Shown here piece after piece: positions 18,301 to 27,757 of a stretch of DNA of 64,000 bases (its first letter is position 1; each line of letters opens with the position of its first letter). The notes beneath the pieces are model-generated. The model did no database searches and had not been told where the DNA came from. It saw only the letters and a program-made list of their open reading frames with translations. Source of the DNA: a virus (Duplodnaviria; Caudoviricetes); the IMG/VR virus record IMGVR_UViG_3300028048_000055, positions 64,001 through 128,000 of that record; one strand, 5' to 3'. The position numbers and the translations under genes are program-made.

Positions 18301-21294
18301 ATGAACTCAATTCTTGATATTGCTGCACAATTCTTAAGTGAAAATACAAATCCCATAATGGAATCTTTCCATGATGAAAGTGTAGACCAAGCTAAGAAAT
18401 ACATAGAAAATAATTATGACGAATTATATAAGTTTAAGGGTTTTCAAAAGTTTGCACCGATAAAACCCAGTAATTTAAAAGAATTTGCCAATACTAAAGT
18501 TAGAGATATTCAAAGATTGATTATCAGTCCTTTTATCTATGCTCCGAGAAACGAGCTTAAATGGATGAATTCATATGTCTTAGGTCTTACAAGAATTATG
18601 TATAAGGACCTTTTATATGATAAACCGAAATTTAAAAAGAATTTACTTCAAGATTTAAAAAAGATATATTTAACTGCAGTATATGCTAGACAAGACGGTA
18701 TCGCTAATGGTGATAAGTCATTAATGATGGATAAGAACATGAATAATCTTTCATTCAATGAACTGAAAACAAAATTCATGCCATTATTTAATCATTATTA
18801 TGATATCTATAAAAAGAATAAACAAGAATATATTAATATCCATACACGTAATGCTACAACAAATACAAATCTTGTAGCAAATACAGCAATAAAATATGAT
18901 GGTGCAGGTAACGAATTAAACGATACTGAATATGAGGAACCGTATCATGAAAATTCTTTCAAGATAGGAAAATATAATGCATGTTTAATTCCTAACCATA
19001 AAGCTGCAGCTACATGGAACCGCTTTACTAATAAGACAAGTGATTCTAACGGGTGTAACTGGTGTATCACAATACCGTCTACAGATGATCACTGGGAAAG
19101 CTATGAATGCGGTAAAACTAGAACAGTCTATTTCTGTTGGACAGATAATTTCCTTAATTTAAACATAAAAGATTTTAATGACGGTTCTGCCCCGTATAAT
19201 GAATGGGGTAAGAGTCTCATGTGTGTAATGGTTAATGATTCAGATGACATTAATAAATTCGTTTGTCAAGTAACATCTCGATATAACCATTGTAATGGTA
19301 AAGGTGAAAACGCATCATCTTCTTTAGGTTTCGGTGATTATTTCTGTGGTGATCCAGATAGTGAAGGTCTTGCTGCAAATCTCGCACAGATATTAGGCTG
19401 TTCTGCAGAAGATATTCAGGAAAAGTTTTTATTTGACGGGGATATGGATGCGTCCAGTGAAAAAGGAGAACAGATATATGAAGATATAGCAGAAAGAATA
19501 AATTATTATTTAGAGAGACATAATTTTAATAATTTAGAAGTCGATACGATATTACCTGATAATTATGTATTAGCTACTTATTCCGATAAGGATTATACAG
19601 TAAATGTATTATTAAAAAATAATACATTAGTACCTAATTTCATATATACTTATATTTATCCGATTTATATAGGCAAGACTATAGATGATTGTATTTTTGA
19701 AGTAATAGATGCAACTGCTGAATATAGTGATCGTACTAAAAATATAGCATATGGTCCAAATGCAGATACTTATTTTGATCATGACATGGCAGAGATAATT
19801 CCAATTTATAAATTAAATAGAAGTTATTCGTCAGAGTATAATGATGAAAAATATAAAACAAAACATAGAATCGTCGCTTTAGCACCATATCATAATCATG
19901 AATATAATTTGTTTGATCTGGATAAAAAAGAATTCATGTTAAATGATGAATTCTTTATTCAGTCAGTATTTGAAAAAGATGGTCAGTTAAATTTAGCAAT
20001 AACAACCGGTGAAAATAGTGCTGAAAGAAATATCAGCAATGTATGTGTTTATAATATTGACACAAAGAAAACATATTATATAAAGAATGAATATTTAACT
20101 GATTTACAAGCAAGACTTGGTGATAACTATTTAAGATTTAATAATGCATATATGTATGCAAATGAAAGTAATGTTATATTATTTGACTTACTTAATATGA
20201 AACCTATAGAAGGTAATTATACTTATGTTCTTGAATCTCGTATTGCTTTTAAAGATTATTTAATTACACTAGATGAAAGTGCTAAAAATTTTGATTATAC
20301 TATATTTTATAAAGGTAACGTAATAGATACATTCCCAGCAAGAACACATATATATTGTCCAAAGGATAATACAAGAAGTACAGATGTATTCATAATTAAT
20401 TATAATAATGATTCCGAAAGCAGAATCTATTATAAAGGTAAATTAATTTATGCAAGCAATAGTGAAACCGATAATATTAAGACTTCTAGAGGCCCATTTG
20501 TAATCGGAAATGTATTATATGTCCGGCTTAAAGAAGAAAAAAATATAACAAATGATTATTCAGCACAAGCATTTAAGCTTATCGATATTAATACACAAAA
20601 AGTAATTACAGAAGATATTTGCATGGATGGAGAATATGCATTAGAAACAGCTGTTCGAAAAGATATACCTGTACTTGCTTTTAAAGTTAATCCAAAAACA
20701 AATGCTATCGAGTATGTCGTTATAGATAATAATGGAAAAATTAATAATTTAAATAACGAAGAAGATGAATTTATTGATTATAATATATTAAAGAGTGGAG
20801 ATAGCACTGTAATTGCATCGGATTCAGAAATTCGTATTAATGATGGCGATGCTAATATTACGATGCAATATATTAAATTCTATTCAAATGCAAAGATAAA
20901 ATTATATAATCCGGATGGTTCTATTTTCTATAAGCCGAATGATGATGACTTCCAGGGATTAAATTATGTATCATTAGCCCCATTAGGTTATGGATTCTGG
21001 CTGTTAACAAGAAAGATAAAATATTCTCGTATAGGATTACTTGAAATACACGATATAATCGATAAAAATGGTAAGCTTATTATCGGTAATACAGACAGTT
21101 CCCCGGTCAGCATTAATATTATTGATAATTTTAACGAAAATGAAGACCTATTAATAACAGCAACAAAATATGCCAAGGATATTGATTCTCGTGACTATAG
21201 TATTTCTAAAAACGGCGAACTTAAAAAATTGCCATACGGTTGGCAAAGCGCAAATGAAAACTATATTCAGAATCTTGCCGCATATTTATTATAG
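18301..21294 (+). CDS. Large late protein, paralog of 10178..12532, with beta-rich C-terminal region
   Basis: WCIT/YFC/WGKSLMCV/TSRYNH core; NEN..AAYLL end; late promoter at 18269. Confidence 0.75.
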   Translation: MNSILDIAAQFLSENTNPIMESFHDESVDQAKKYIENNYDELYKFKGFQKFAPIKPSNLKEFANTKVRDIQRLIISPFIYAPRNELKWMNSYVLGLTRIMYKDLLYDKPKFKKNLLQDLKKIYLTAVYARQDGIANGDKSLMMDKNMNNLSFNELKTKFMPLFNHYYDIYKKNKQEYINIHTRNATTNTNLVANTAIKYDGAGNELNDTEYEEPYHENSFKIGKYNACLIPNHKAAATWNRFTNKTSDSNGCNWCITIPSTDDHWESYECGKTRTVYFCWTDNFLNLNIKDFNDGSAPYNEWGKSLMCVMVNDSDDINKFVCQVTSRYNHCNGKGENASSSLGFGDYFCGDPDSEGLAANLAQILGCSAEDIQEKFLFDGDMDASSEKGEQIYEDIAERINYYLERHNFNNLEVDTILPDNYVLATYSDKDYTVNVLLKNNTLVPNFIYTYIYPIYIGKTIDDCIFEVIDATAEYSDRTKNIAYGPNADTYFDHDMAEIIPIYKLNRSYSSEYNDEKYKTKHRIVALAPYHNHEYNLFDLDKKEFMLNDEFFIQSVFEKDGQLNLAITTGENSAERNISNVCVYNIDTKKTYYIKNEYLTDLQARLGDNYLRFNNAYMYANESNVILFDLLNMKPIEGNYTYVLESRIAFKDYLITLDESAKNFDYTIFYKGNVIDTFPARTHIYCPKDNTRSTDVFIINYNNDSESRIYYKGKLIYASNSETDNIKTSRGPFVIGNVLYVRLKEEKNITNDYSAQAFKLIDINTQKVITEDICMDGEYALETAVRKDIPVLAFKVNPKTNAIEYVVIDNNGKINNLNNEEDEFIDYNILKSGDSTVIASDSEIRINDGDANITMQYIKFYSNAKIKLYNPDGSIFYKPNDDDFQGLNYVSLAPLGYGFWLLTRKIKYSRIGLLEIHDIIDKNGKLIIGNTDSSPVSINIIDNFNENEDLLITATKYAKDIDSRDYSISKNGELKKLPYGWQSANENYIQNLAAYLL

Positions 21295-21297
21295 GGG

Positions 21298-21326
21298 TTT
21301 ACATTAATCTTTAAATTTACTATATT
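21298..21326 (+). promoter_or_regulatory. Sigma70-like promoter TTTACA-N17-TATATT
   Basis: Exact consensus and spacing. Confidence 0.8.
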
Positions 21327-21341
21327 TAATTATCAAAATAG

Positions 21342-21689
21342 GTGAAAGTTATGTTTAAAAAATTCTTTAAAAAGATTTTTACAAAAGCTACAGCTAAATT
21401 TAGTGGACGATGTAAGCTTATTGATGCTGAACTTGATACATATTTCTATTATCTTGCAGCAGAAAATATATCGTTAGACGAACTAGATGACTTTTTAGGG
21501 AATTACTTTGATTATGATTTTTATGGAGGTGGTATAGTTATATGGCCAGATCCATATAATAAAGTTTATATTCACAAACCTTATTTCTTCCCGTTTAATA
21601 CATATATTGTTAAATACATATATGAAAATGAAATAATACTAAAATGTTATTCCGTTTCTGAATTTAAAAAAATATACCGGATTGTTTAA
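21342..21689 (+). CDS. Hypothetical protein (probable start ATG 21351)
   Basis: ORF with AGGTG RBS, followed by terminator. Confidence 0.65.
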   Translation: MKVMFKKFFKKIFTKATAKFSGRCKLIDAELDTYFYYLAAENISLDELDDFLGNYFDYDFYGGGIVIWPDPYNKVYIHKPYFFPFNTYIVKYIYENEIILKCYSVSEFKKIYRIV

Positions 21690-21703
21690 TCCGGTTTTTT
21701 ATT

Positions 21704-21860
21704 TTATAATTTTATATTCATTTGTTTTTTATTTAAATTATTTAAAAAATTATTACCGTATTTATTTTTAACATAATTTAAATATTTATCACAATTTAAA
21801 ATTATTTTAATATTATGTTTTTTCATACATTTATATTTTGCTGAGTCTATTCTGCAACAT
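21704..21860 (-). pseudogene. Probable gene remnant (homing-endonuclease-like C-terminus)
   Basis: Minus-strand late promoter and a 9-codon ORF, then out-of-frame DSAKYKCMKKHNIKIILNCDKYLNYVKNKYG. Confidence 0.35.
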
Positions 21861-21934
21861 GCTATATTATTTATAAAAAGTTAGACCAGTCCTGCAAGAC
21901 TGGTCAAGTGTAACTGAGGTAACACCTGTCCTTT

Positions 21935-23080
21935 TTATGATTTAGGTCTTACACAAATCATAAAACCTAAAAATCCTAATAAATATAATCCTGCTAAAAT
22001 TAAATATAATGTATTGTCGGTAAATGTATTAGCTAAAATCACTGAAGTAATTCCAGCTAAACCCCAACCAGAAAGAGTCATAGAATGAACTGTTGATAAA
22101 CAACTACTTCCAAATTCTTTAGCTAATAATGAAGGCAATACAGAAAAATTACCACCATAAGAAAATTCACAACATAATATACCGATAACCAAAAGAATAG
22201 GATTTTGTGTATAGCAAAGGAATGCACCAAGTATTCCAAGGCTTGCAACCCAGTGATACGCAGCCTTTCGACCAATATAGTCAGAAGCAGTGCTCATTCC
22301 AAATCTACCGCCGACATTAGCAATAGCAGTCGCAGCCATCAATGTAGCAATCGCAGTATAACCAGCATTAAGGAATAATCCTTTTTCTTGTGAAATCAAT
22401 GCAAGACCACATGTGATATTAATAAAGAACATAAACCATACAGAAATATATTCCTTGGTCAAGAATTTATCTTTTACCAATACCTTATAAGGTATAGCTG
22501 TATATTTAGTAGAAATATAATTTGGATTAGGTTTATAAAGCCATGAACATAATGACATTATAACCAAGAATATTCCAGACAGAATCAAGAATACGTTTGG
22601 TAATGTAAAGTTATTCAATAAGTATTCAATAACTGGAGCAAATACGAATTTACCAGTTCCGAAACCAGTAATAGCCAAACCAGAACAAAGACCAGCATGA
22701 TCCTGGAAGTTTGCCACTAGTTGTTTAATAGGCGCAGTGTAACCTATACCAGTTCCTGTTCCCATGAATATACATGCTATATAATATAATGGTAATATAG
22801 CAAGACTGGTAGCAGCAAATAATGCTAGCATACCGATAGAGAAAAGGACGGTAGAAACAACAGCCATCTTTTTAGGATTCATTTCTACCATTCTACCGAA
22901 TACGGCTGCACCCATTCCAAGGAAGAATATTATAAGCATAAAGCCTATATCGCCTTGGAATTTAGAAATGTCGAATAATTGTTGAATATTTGCCGAATAT
23001 TGTGAAAAATTATATACTGTTCCAAGAGACATCGGCAAAAGAATCCCTGGAAGCAGTATTTGAGTGAATCTATTTGTCAT
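21935..23080 (-). CDS. MFS transporter, oxalate/formate antiporter (OFA)-like
   Basis: About 12 TM segments; GTGIGY, GLCSGLAITGFG, GRF..SDYIGRK, YGGNFSVLPS motifs. Confidence 0.88.
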   Translation of the reverse strand: MTNRFTQILLPGILLPMSLGTVYNFSQYSANIQQLFDISKFQGDIGFMLIIFFLGMGAAVFGRMVEMNPKKMAVVSTVLFSIGMLALFAATSLAILPLYYIACIFMGTGTGIGYTAPIKQLVANFQDHAGLCSGLAITGFGTGKFVFAPVIEYLLNNFTLPNVFLILSGIFLVIMSLCSWLYKPNPNYISTKYTAIPYKVLVKDKFLTKEYISVWFMFFINITCGLALISQEKGLFLNAGYTAIATLMAATAIANVGGRFGMSTASDYIGRKAAYHWVASLGILGAFLCYTQNPILLVIGILCCEFSYGGNFSVLPSLLAKEFGSSCLSTVHSMTLSGWGLAGITSVILANTFTDNTLYLILAGLYLLGFLGFMICVRPKS

Positions 23081-23119
23081 ACAGTCTATTTATGTTATAA
23101 ATAATTAAAAAGGACTGAT

Positions 23120-23236
23120 ATGAAAAATAATAATTATTTCAACGATGACATAACCGACAAGGTATTGGATATTGTCGTAGCAGTTCTTCTGTTAGGCAGT
23201 ATTGCGGGTATAATATTCTTATTTTGTAGGGTTTAA
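23120..23236 (+). CDS. 38-aa single-TM protein (not in ORF track)
   Basis: Late promoter at 23096; AAGGA RBS; hydrophobic VLDIVVAVLLLGSIAGIIFLF. Confidence 0.55.
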   Translation: MKNNNYFNDDITDKVLDIVVAVLLLGSIAGIIFLFCRV

Positions 23237-23239
23237 TAT

Positions 23240-24142
23240 ATGTTGATAGATCAAATTCGTCATATTATGCAAGAAGACGGGTTAGAAATGACCATTGATG
23301 ATGCTTTATTAAAATTGGCAGAATCTGGATATCTTGTATATGATAAAAATCAGAATCTTTTAAATGAAGGTATTTTAAAGAAAGCATTAGGAGTAGGAGC
23401 TCTTGCAGCTGGTTTAGCATTTGGTAATAGTGGTGTTCAGCAGAAACAAGTTCAAGATGATTCCTTTGGTAAAGGTTCTACCGTTCATGTCCAGCTAAGA
23501 AAAGATTTACCGTCTGATAAATATGGCGTCCCAACCAGTTATAAGGTTAAGGATAAGTCAGTTGTTAAAGGAATGAGTCTTAGAGAAGAAATCGAGTTGA
23601 CTAAGAAGAAAATTCTTGCTACGCCTGATTCGATGTTAAAGAAAGAAGGAAAAGATGATATAGATAGGATAGCAAAGTATATTACAAATACAGCTAATGC
23701 CTATAATGTCGATGTTGATATCTTATTGGCTATTGCAGGAGCAGAATCCAATTATAAACATGGTGGCACTGTAAGTAATAAAGGTGCAAGAGGATTAATG
23801 CAGTTAACAAAAGTTGCTGCTAAAGACACTCATGTAAGATTAAAAGGTAATTCTGAAGAAACGTTTAATTTTGACGATATGTGGGATCTTAAAAAGAATA
23901 TAGATGCTGCAGGTCGAATGATTGCTAACCTTTCACAGAAGCATAAGAATGTTATTGAAATGATGCTTGCTGCTTATAACGGTGGTCAGAAACAAGCTAC
24001 AGCATGGAGAGCATATAAAGCTAATTCAAAATATGACAAAGATGGTAATATTGCTCCAAAGCTTACAAAAGAAAGTCGACAATATGTTGAAAAATGTATG
24101 CGACTATATAAAATATATAAGAAAATTCAAAATAATGCATAG
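23240..24142 (+). CDS. Lytic transglycosylase (SLT/GH23), probably virion-associated
   Basis: AIAGAESNY, GARGLMQL, LAAYNGG motifs. Confidence 0.92.
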   Translation: MLIDQIRHIMQEDGLEMTIDDALLKLAESGYLVYDKNQNLLNEGILKKALGVGALAAGLAFGNSGVQQKQVQDDSFGKGSTVHVQLRKDLPSDKYGVPTSYKVKDKSVVKGMSLREEIELTKKKILATPDSMLKKEGKDDIDRIAKYITNTANAYNVDVDILLAIAGAESNYKHGGTVSNKGARGLMQLTKVAAKDTHVRLKGNSEETFNFDDMWDLKKNIDAAGRMIANLSQKHKNVIEMMLAAYNGGQKQATAWRAYKANSKYDKDGNIAPKLTKESRQYVEKCMRLYKIYKKIQNNA

Positions 24143-24148
24143 TTGATA

Positions 24149-24181
24149 CGGGTTTACAAAACCCGTTTTCTTTTCTATATT
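24149..24181 (+). promoter_or_regulatory. Fused terminator hairpin and sigma70-like promoter
   Basis: CGGGTTT-ACA-AAACCCG plus T-run; -35 at 24153-24158, -10 at 24176-24181. Confidence 0.8.
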
Positions 24182-24202
24182 GTATATGTTATAGAGGATA
24201 TT

Positions 24203-26116
24203 ATGTCGAATTTACAAGAAGAAAATACAATTCTCGTCGGAAGACTTGATGCATTGTCTAAAGACCATACAAGGGTATGTGATGAAAATGTCGAACTTAA
24301 GAATCAGATTAAGGCTCTTAAGTCTGAAATCGCAACCAATACAAAGACTTCGCCAAATATGGTTTTTGTAAAGCGAGAATTTATTGACTTGATTATGCAT
24401 CAAGCACTTACATGGGCTAAACAATTTAATATTAAAATTGATAGTTATAAGACAGAAGGCTCTAAGACAACTTTAGTTCTTGATAGTGGAGAATATCAGA
24501 ATCCAGATTTATTTAATGACATGGTAACTATTCTTCAATCTGAAATTACAAAGGAAATTGATAAACAGGAAGCTAAGTAATGAACTTAACAGATTTTGCA
24601 ATATGGCGTTTTCGTAATGCAGAAGGCGTTATGGATTATGTAGAATCATGGAACGCTACTGAATGTCGTTTAAATGTAAACGGAAAACATATTAAAATTA
24701 CATATGATATCGAGCATGAAATAGCTACGATTTCTAATCTTGATAATGAGTTTATGTTCGATACAAAAGTATCATTTAAGGATTTTGTTTCTACTTTGAC
24801 TAGCCTTGGCTATTACAAAGAAAGAACAGTTAATCGTCATTCTTTAAGTTATAAGGACAGAAGAGACTAATGAGTAGTTATAAAGTAGAACGATATCATG
24901 ATATTAAGAATGTATTTAACAATATAACAAGTATTGCTGATCCTGCTTTCTGTAATTATGTTGAACTAAAAGAAAATACTGATGCACTTGCATTAAATTT
25001 TATTGTCAAGAGCCCAATGGTTGAAGGCAAGATTGATTATTATTATCAATTTGGTGATTCGCAAGTACATAGGTTTCTTAATGATCAAGATGAACGGGTT
25101 ATGACAATTAATCCGGAAAAACTTCATAATCATGTTATGATGGATATTAATGATTTTGTGAGAGGAAAGGCTATAGCATGATTGCGGGTGATGAAATTAA
25201 ATATACAACAGAACGACTTAAGTTGATCGTAAATAACAGTGATTCCGAAGTCGAAAGATTTATTGCTGTTCAAGCTATTAATTCTTTAGCACAATTACAA
25301 GCTGGAATAGCTAATTTGGAAAATCATCCAAAGCTTGAAGACATGGCTTCAGAATTTTTTAAAGATGAGGTGAATAATGACAATACTTGAGTTGTTTAGA
25401 AAGGTGTTTGGTTGTTTTAGTGATGATGATACATATATTGAAATAACCGATGACGATCATGTACTTAAAATCGATAATCTTACTGATGCATATAATAATA
25501 AAGAAAAATCAGAAGTTATCGGTAATATTGTTTCCGCAGTAATTGATGAAAAAGAAAAGTCATTTGTTTCTTATACAGAAGAAGCAATGGATGAAGTTAC
25601 TAACGGAAAGTTCAAGTTTAAGAAGTATAGAAAATAACAAAAAACTCAGATACCTCGACATAAATACAACAAGATTTTCTAAGGAGAGTTTTTATGGCGA
25701 AGTATTACACAGAACGTTGCGAATTTGATGACGATGTTGATGCTGATGAAATCTATGAATCAATTATTTCAGATATCGAAAGTAATCGAGATGAAAGAGT
25801 TAATTGGCGTCAAGCGAAATCAGTTCTAAAGTATATTAAGGAATCTATTGATGAAGGAGTAAATTCTGATGATATCTATGAAGCTGCTATGCATCAATTA
25901 GATGAATTAGAACTTTAATCTATGGAATTTTTATCAGAAAGTGTTAAATATGGCATTATTCTTAGTTTTATAGAACTTATCATATTAATAATTTCAGCAT
26001 TCTTTTATAATAACGAAACGGACGATCTCATGGAACGAGCTTGTTCGTTTTTAAAATTTATATTAGCTTTTATAGTTTTAAATATAACATTTATTGGAAT
26101 TTTAAATTATAGGTGA
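24203..26116 (+). CDS. Run of small hypothetical genes (24203-24580, 24580-24870, 24870-25181, 25178-25390, 25377-25637, 25694-25918, 25922-26116 membrane)
   Basis: Tightly coupled ORFs with RBSs. Confidence 0.65.
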
Positions 26117-26120
26117 CAAA

Positions 26121-26891
26121 ATGGACGAAAACAAGACAAGAAATATAGAATTTACCGCAGTCGTTTGTAGTTATAAGGCGAATCGTGCATTTAAGTTGTG
26201 TCTACATCAGTTAGCTAGATATGGATTCAATAAGGATTCATTAATTATTTCTGAAAATAGCCCTACTTATTATACAAGTAATAGGGCTTTGCTTGATAAG
26301 TATAATATTAAGTATATTCAGAATCCGGATGCAAATCTAACTGATGCACTTAATGCTATATTGCCGACCATAAAGACAAAGTATGCTTTGATTATCGATA
26401 CTGATACATTCTGTGTCATTGACCCGATTAAGGTATTCGAAAATGTAAAGAAGCATAAGTTGCAGCTTTTTGGTAATATTACTAATACTCGTGGCGGTTT
26501 TAAGACTCATAAGAGAGTAGAACCTTGTTATTGCTTTATCGATGTAGAATTTATGAACAAAAATAAGATTCTCTTTAATGATATGGCAAGAATCAATGCT
26601 ACAAATTCATTATCAATGGTTGACAGAAACCATTTCATGGATAACAAGAATCTTAATGCAGTTTATTATGACGCTGGTTCTACTATGTTCGAAGATGTTC
26701 AGAAAGCTGGTGGTGTAGTAGGTGATATTGGCGAATTCTTGCCTTATATTCATATCGGTACAGTTAGCTGGCAAGAACTGTTGAATAATAAGGAACTGAT
26801 TGCCAAAAATGATAATTGGATTGACTTGCTTTATGGTAAGCTCCAGTTCGACGAACAATATTTAAGATTGCTTGGTGAAAAGAAGTCATAA
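26121..26891 (+). CDS. GT-A fold glycosyltransferase-like protein
   Basis: IISENS, YALIIDTDTF (DxD), YDAGS. Confidence 0.7.
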   Translation: MDENKTRNIEFTAVVCSYKANRAFKLCLHQLARYGFNKDSLIISENSPTYYTSNRALLDKYNIKYIQNPDANLTDALNAILPTIKTKYALIIDTDTFCVIDPIKVFENVKKHKLQLFGNITNTRGGFKTHKRVEPCYCFIDVEFMNKNKILFNDMARINATNSLSMVDRNHFMDNKNLNAVYYDAGSTMFEDVQKAGGVVGDIGEFLPYIHIGTVSWQELLNNKELIAKNDNWIDLLYGKLQFDEQYLRLLGEKKS

Positions 26892-26898
26892 ATAATAC

Positions 26899-27678
26899 AT
26901 GGAATGGTCACTTGTTGATTTAAAAAACCTAGTAGCAGAATATAATAAAACATATTTCAATGATGAAATAGAAAAGCCTATAGTAATTAAATGGGACTAT
27001 AGTTCTTTCAAGAATGTTGAGTGTACATATGCTACTATGCAATATAAGAACAAGACCCATATTCTAAGGGTTAATCCTATTCTACATGATTGTTCCCCAG
27101 AATTAATGAAAAATACATTGGTCCATGAACTTATACATGCATGGCAAGATGAATGGGAAGATCAGTCAGCAAAGGATTATGATCCTCATAAAGGCAAGTT
27201 TATTGAATGGTGTCAATATTTAAATAGTAATTTTAATTTTAAGTTTCCAATAGATGAACTTGCTTCCAAAAAAGAAGGTAAATCCTTAAAAAGAACTATC
27301 TACAGTTTGTATTACGTCTATAAGGATTTTCAAGCCAAAGACGGAAATACCCATACTGTAGGTCTTTTTATAAAAGTTATATCTGCGGCAGATATTGGTA
27401 GATTAAAAGCACATGGCCTTAAAGTAAAACATTATTTACATCCTAAGGGTTCATCAGAATGTGAACGTTCAGAATATATTGGTAAGCCAATTAGAACGTT
27501 TATTGATAAAGAAGGCTATACCCATCCTGTTACTGTTCCATTAGCACCAGTTTTAAAGATGTCAGGCGAATCCGCACAAAAATTCTTACATGATATCCAA
27601 TCTTTAACTAATAAGAATTATATGCCAAGCACTTGGTGGGATTTTGAATTTAATTTCGAAGACGGAATTGAAAAATAG
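26899..27678 (+). CDS. SprT-like zinc metalloprotease
   Basis: YNKTYFND, TLVHELIHAW, PHKGKF. Confidence 0.85.
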   Translation: MEWSLVDLKNLVAEYNKTYFNDEIEKPIVIKWDYSSFKNVECTYATMQYKNKTHILRVNPILHDCSPELMKNTLVHELIHAWQDEWEDQSAKDYDPHKGKFIEWCQYLNSNFNFKFPIDELASKKEGKSLKRTIYSLYYVYKDFQAKDGNTHTVGLFIKVISAADIGRLKAHGLKVKHYLHPKGSSECERSEYIGKPIRTFIDKEGYTHPVTVPLAPVLKMSGESAQKFLHDIQSLTNKNYMPSTWWDFEFNFEDGIEK

Positions 27679-27689
27679 TTAAAACTTTA

Positions 27690-27726
27690 AAAAAGGGGTT
27701 TACAATCCCTTTTTATTTGTTATATT
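27690..27726 (+). promoter_or_regulatory. Fused terminator and sigma70-like promoter driving the xylanase
   Basis: AAAAAGGG..CCCTTTTT hairpin with TTTACA at 27699-27704; TATATT at 27721-27726. Confidence 0.7.
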
Positions 27727-27757
27727 ATATTAAGTTTAACTTTTAAGGAGAAACACA

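Noticed and set aside
21700-21840. AT-rich replication origin
   Set aside because: No iterons seen; the segment reads as a decayed minus-strand coding fragment.
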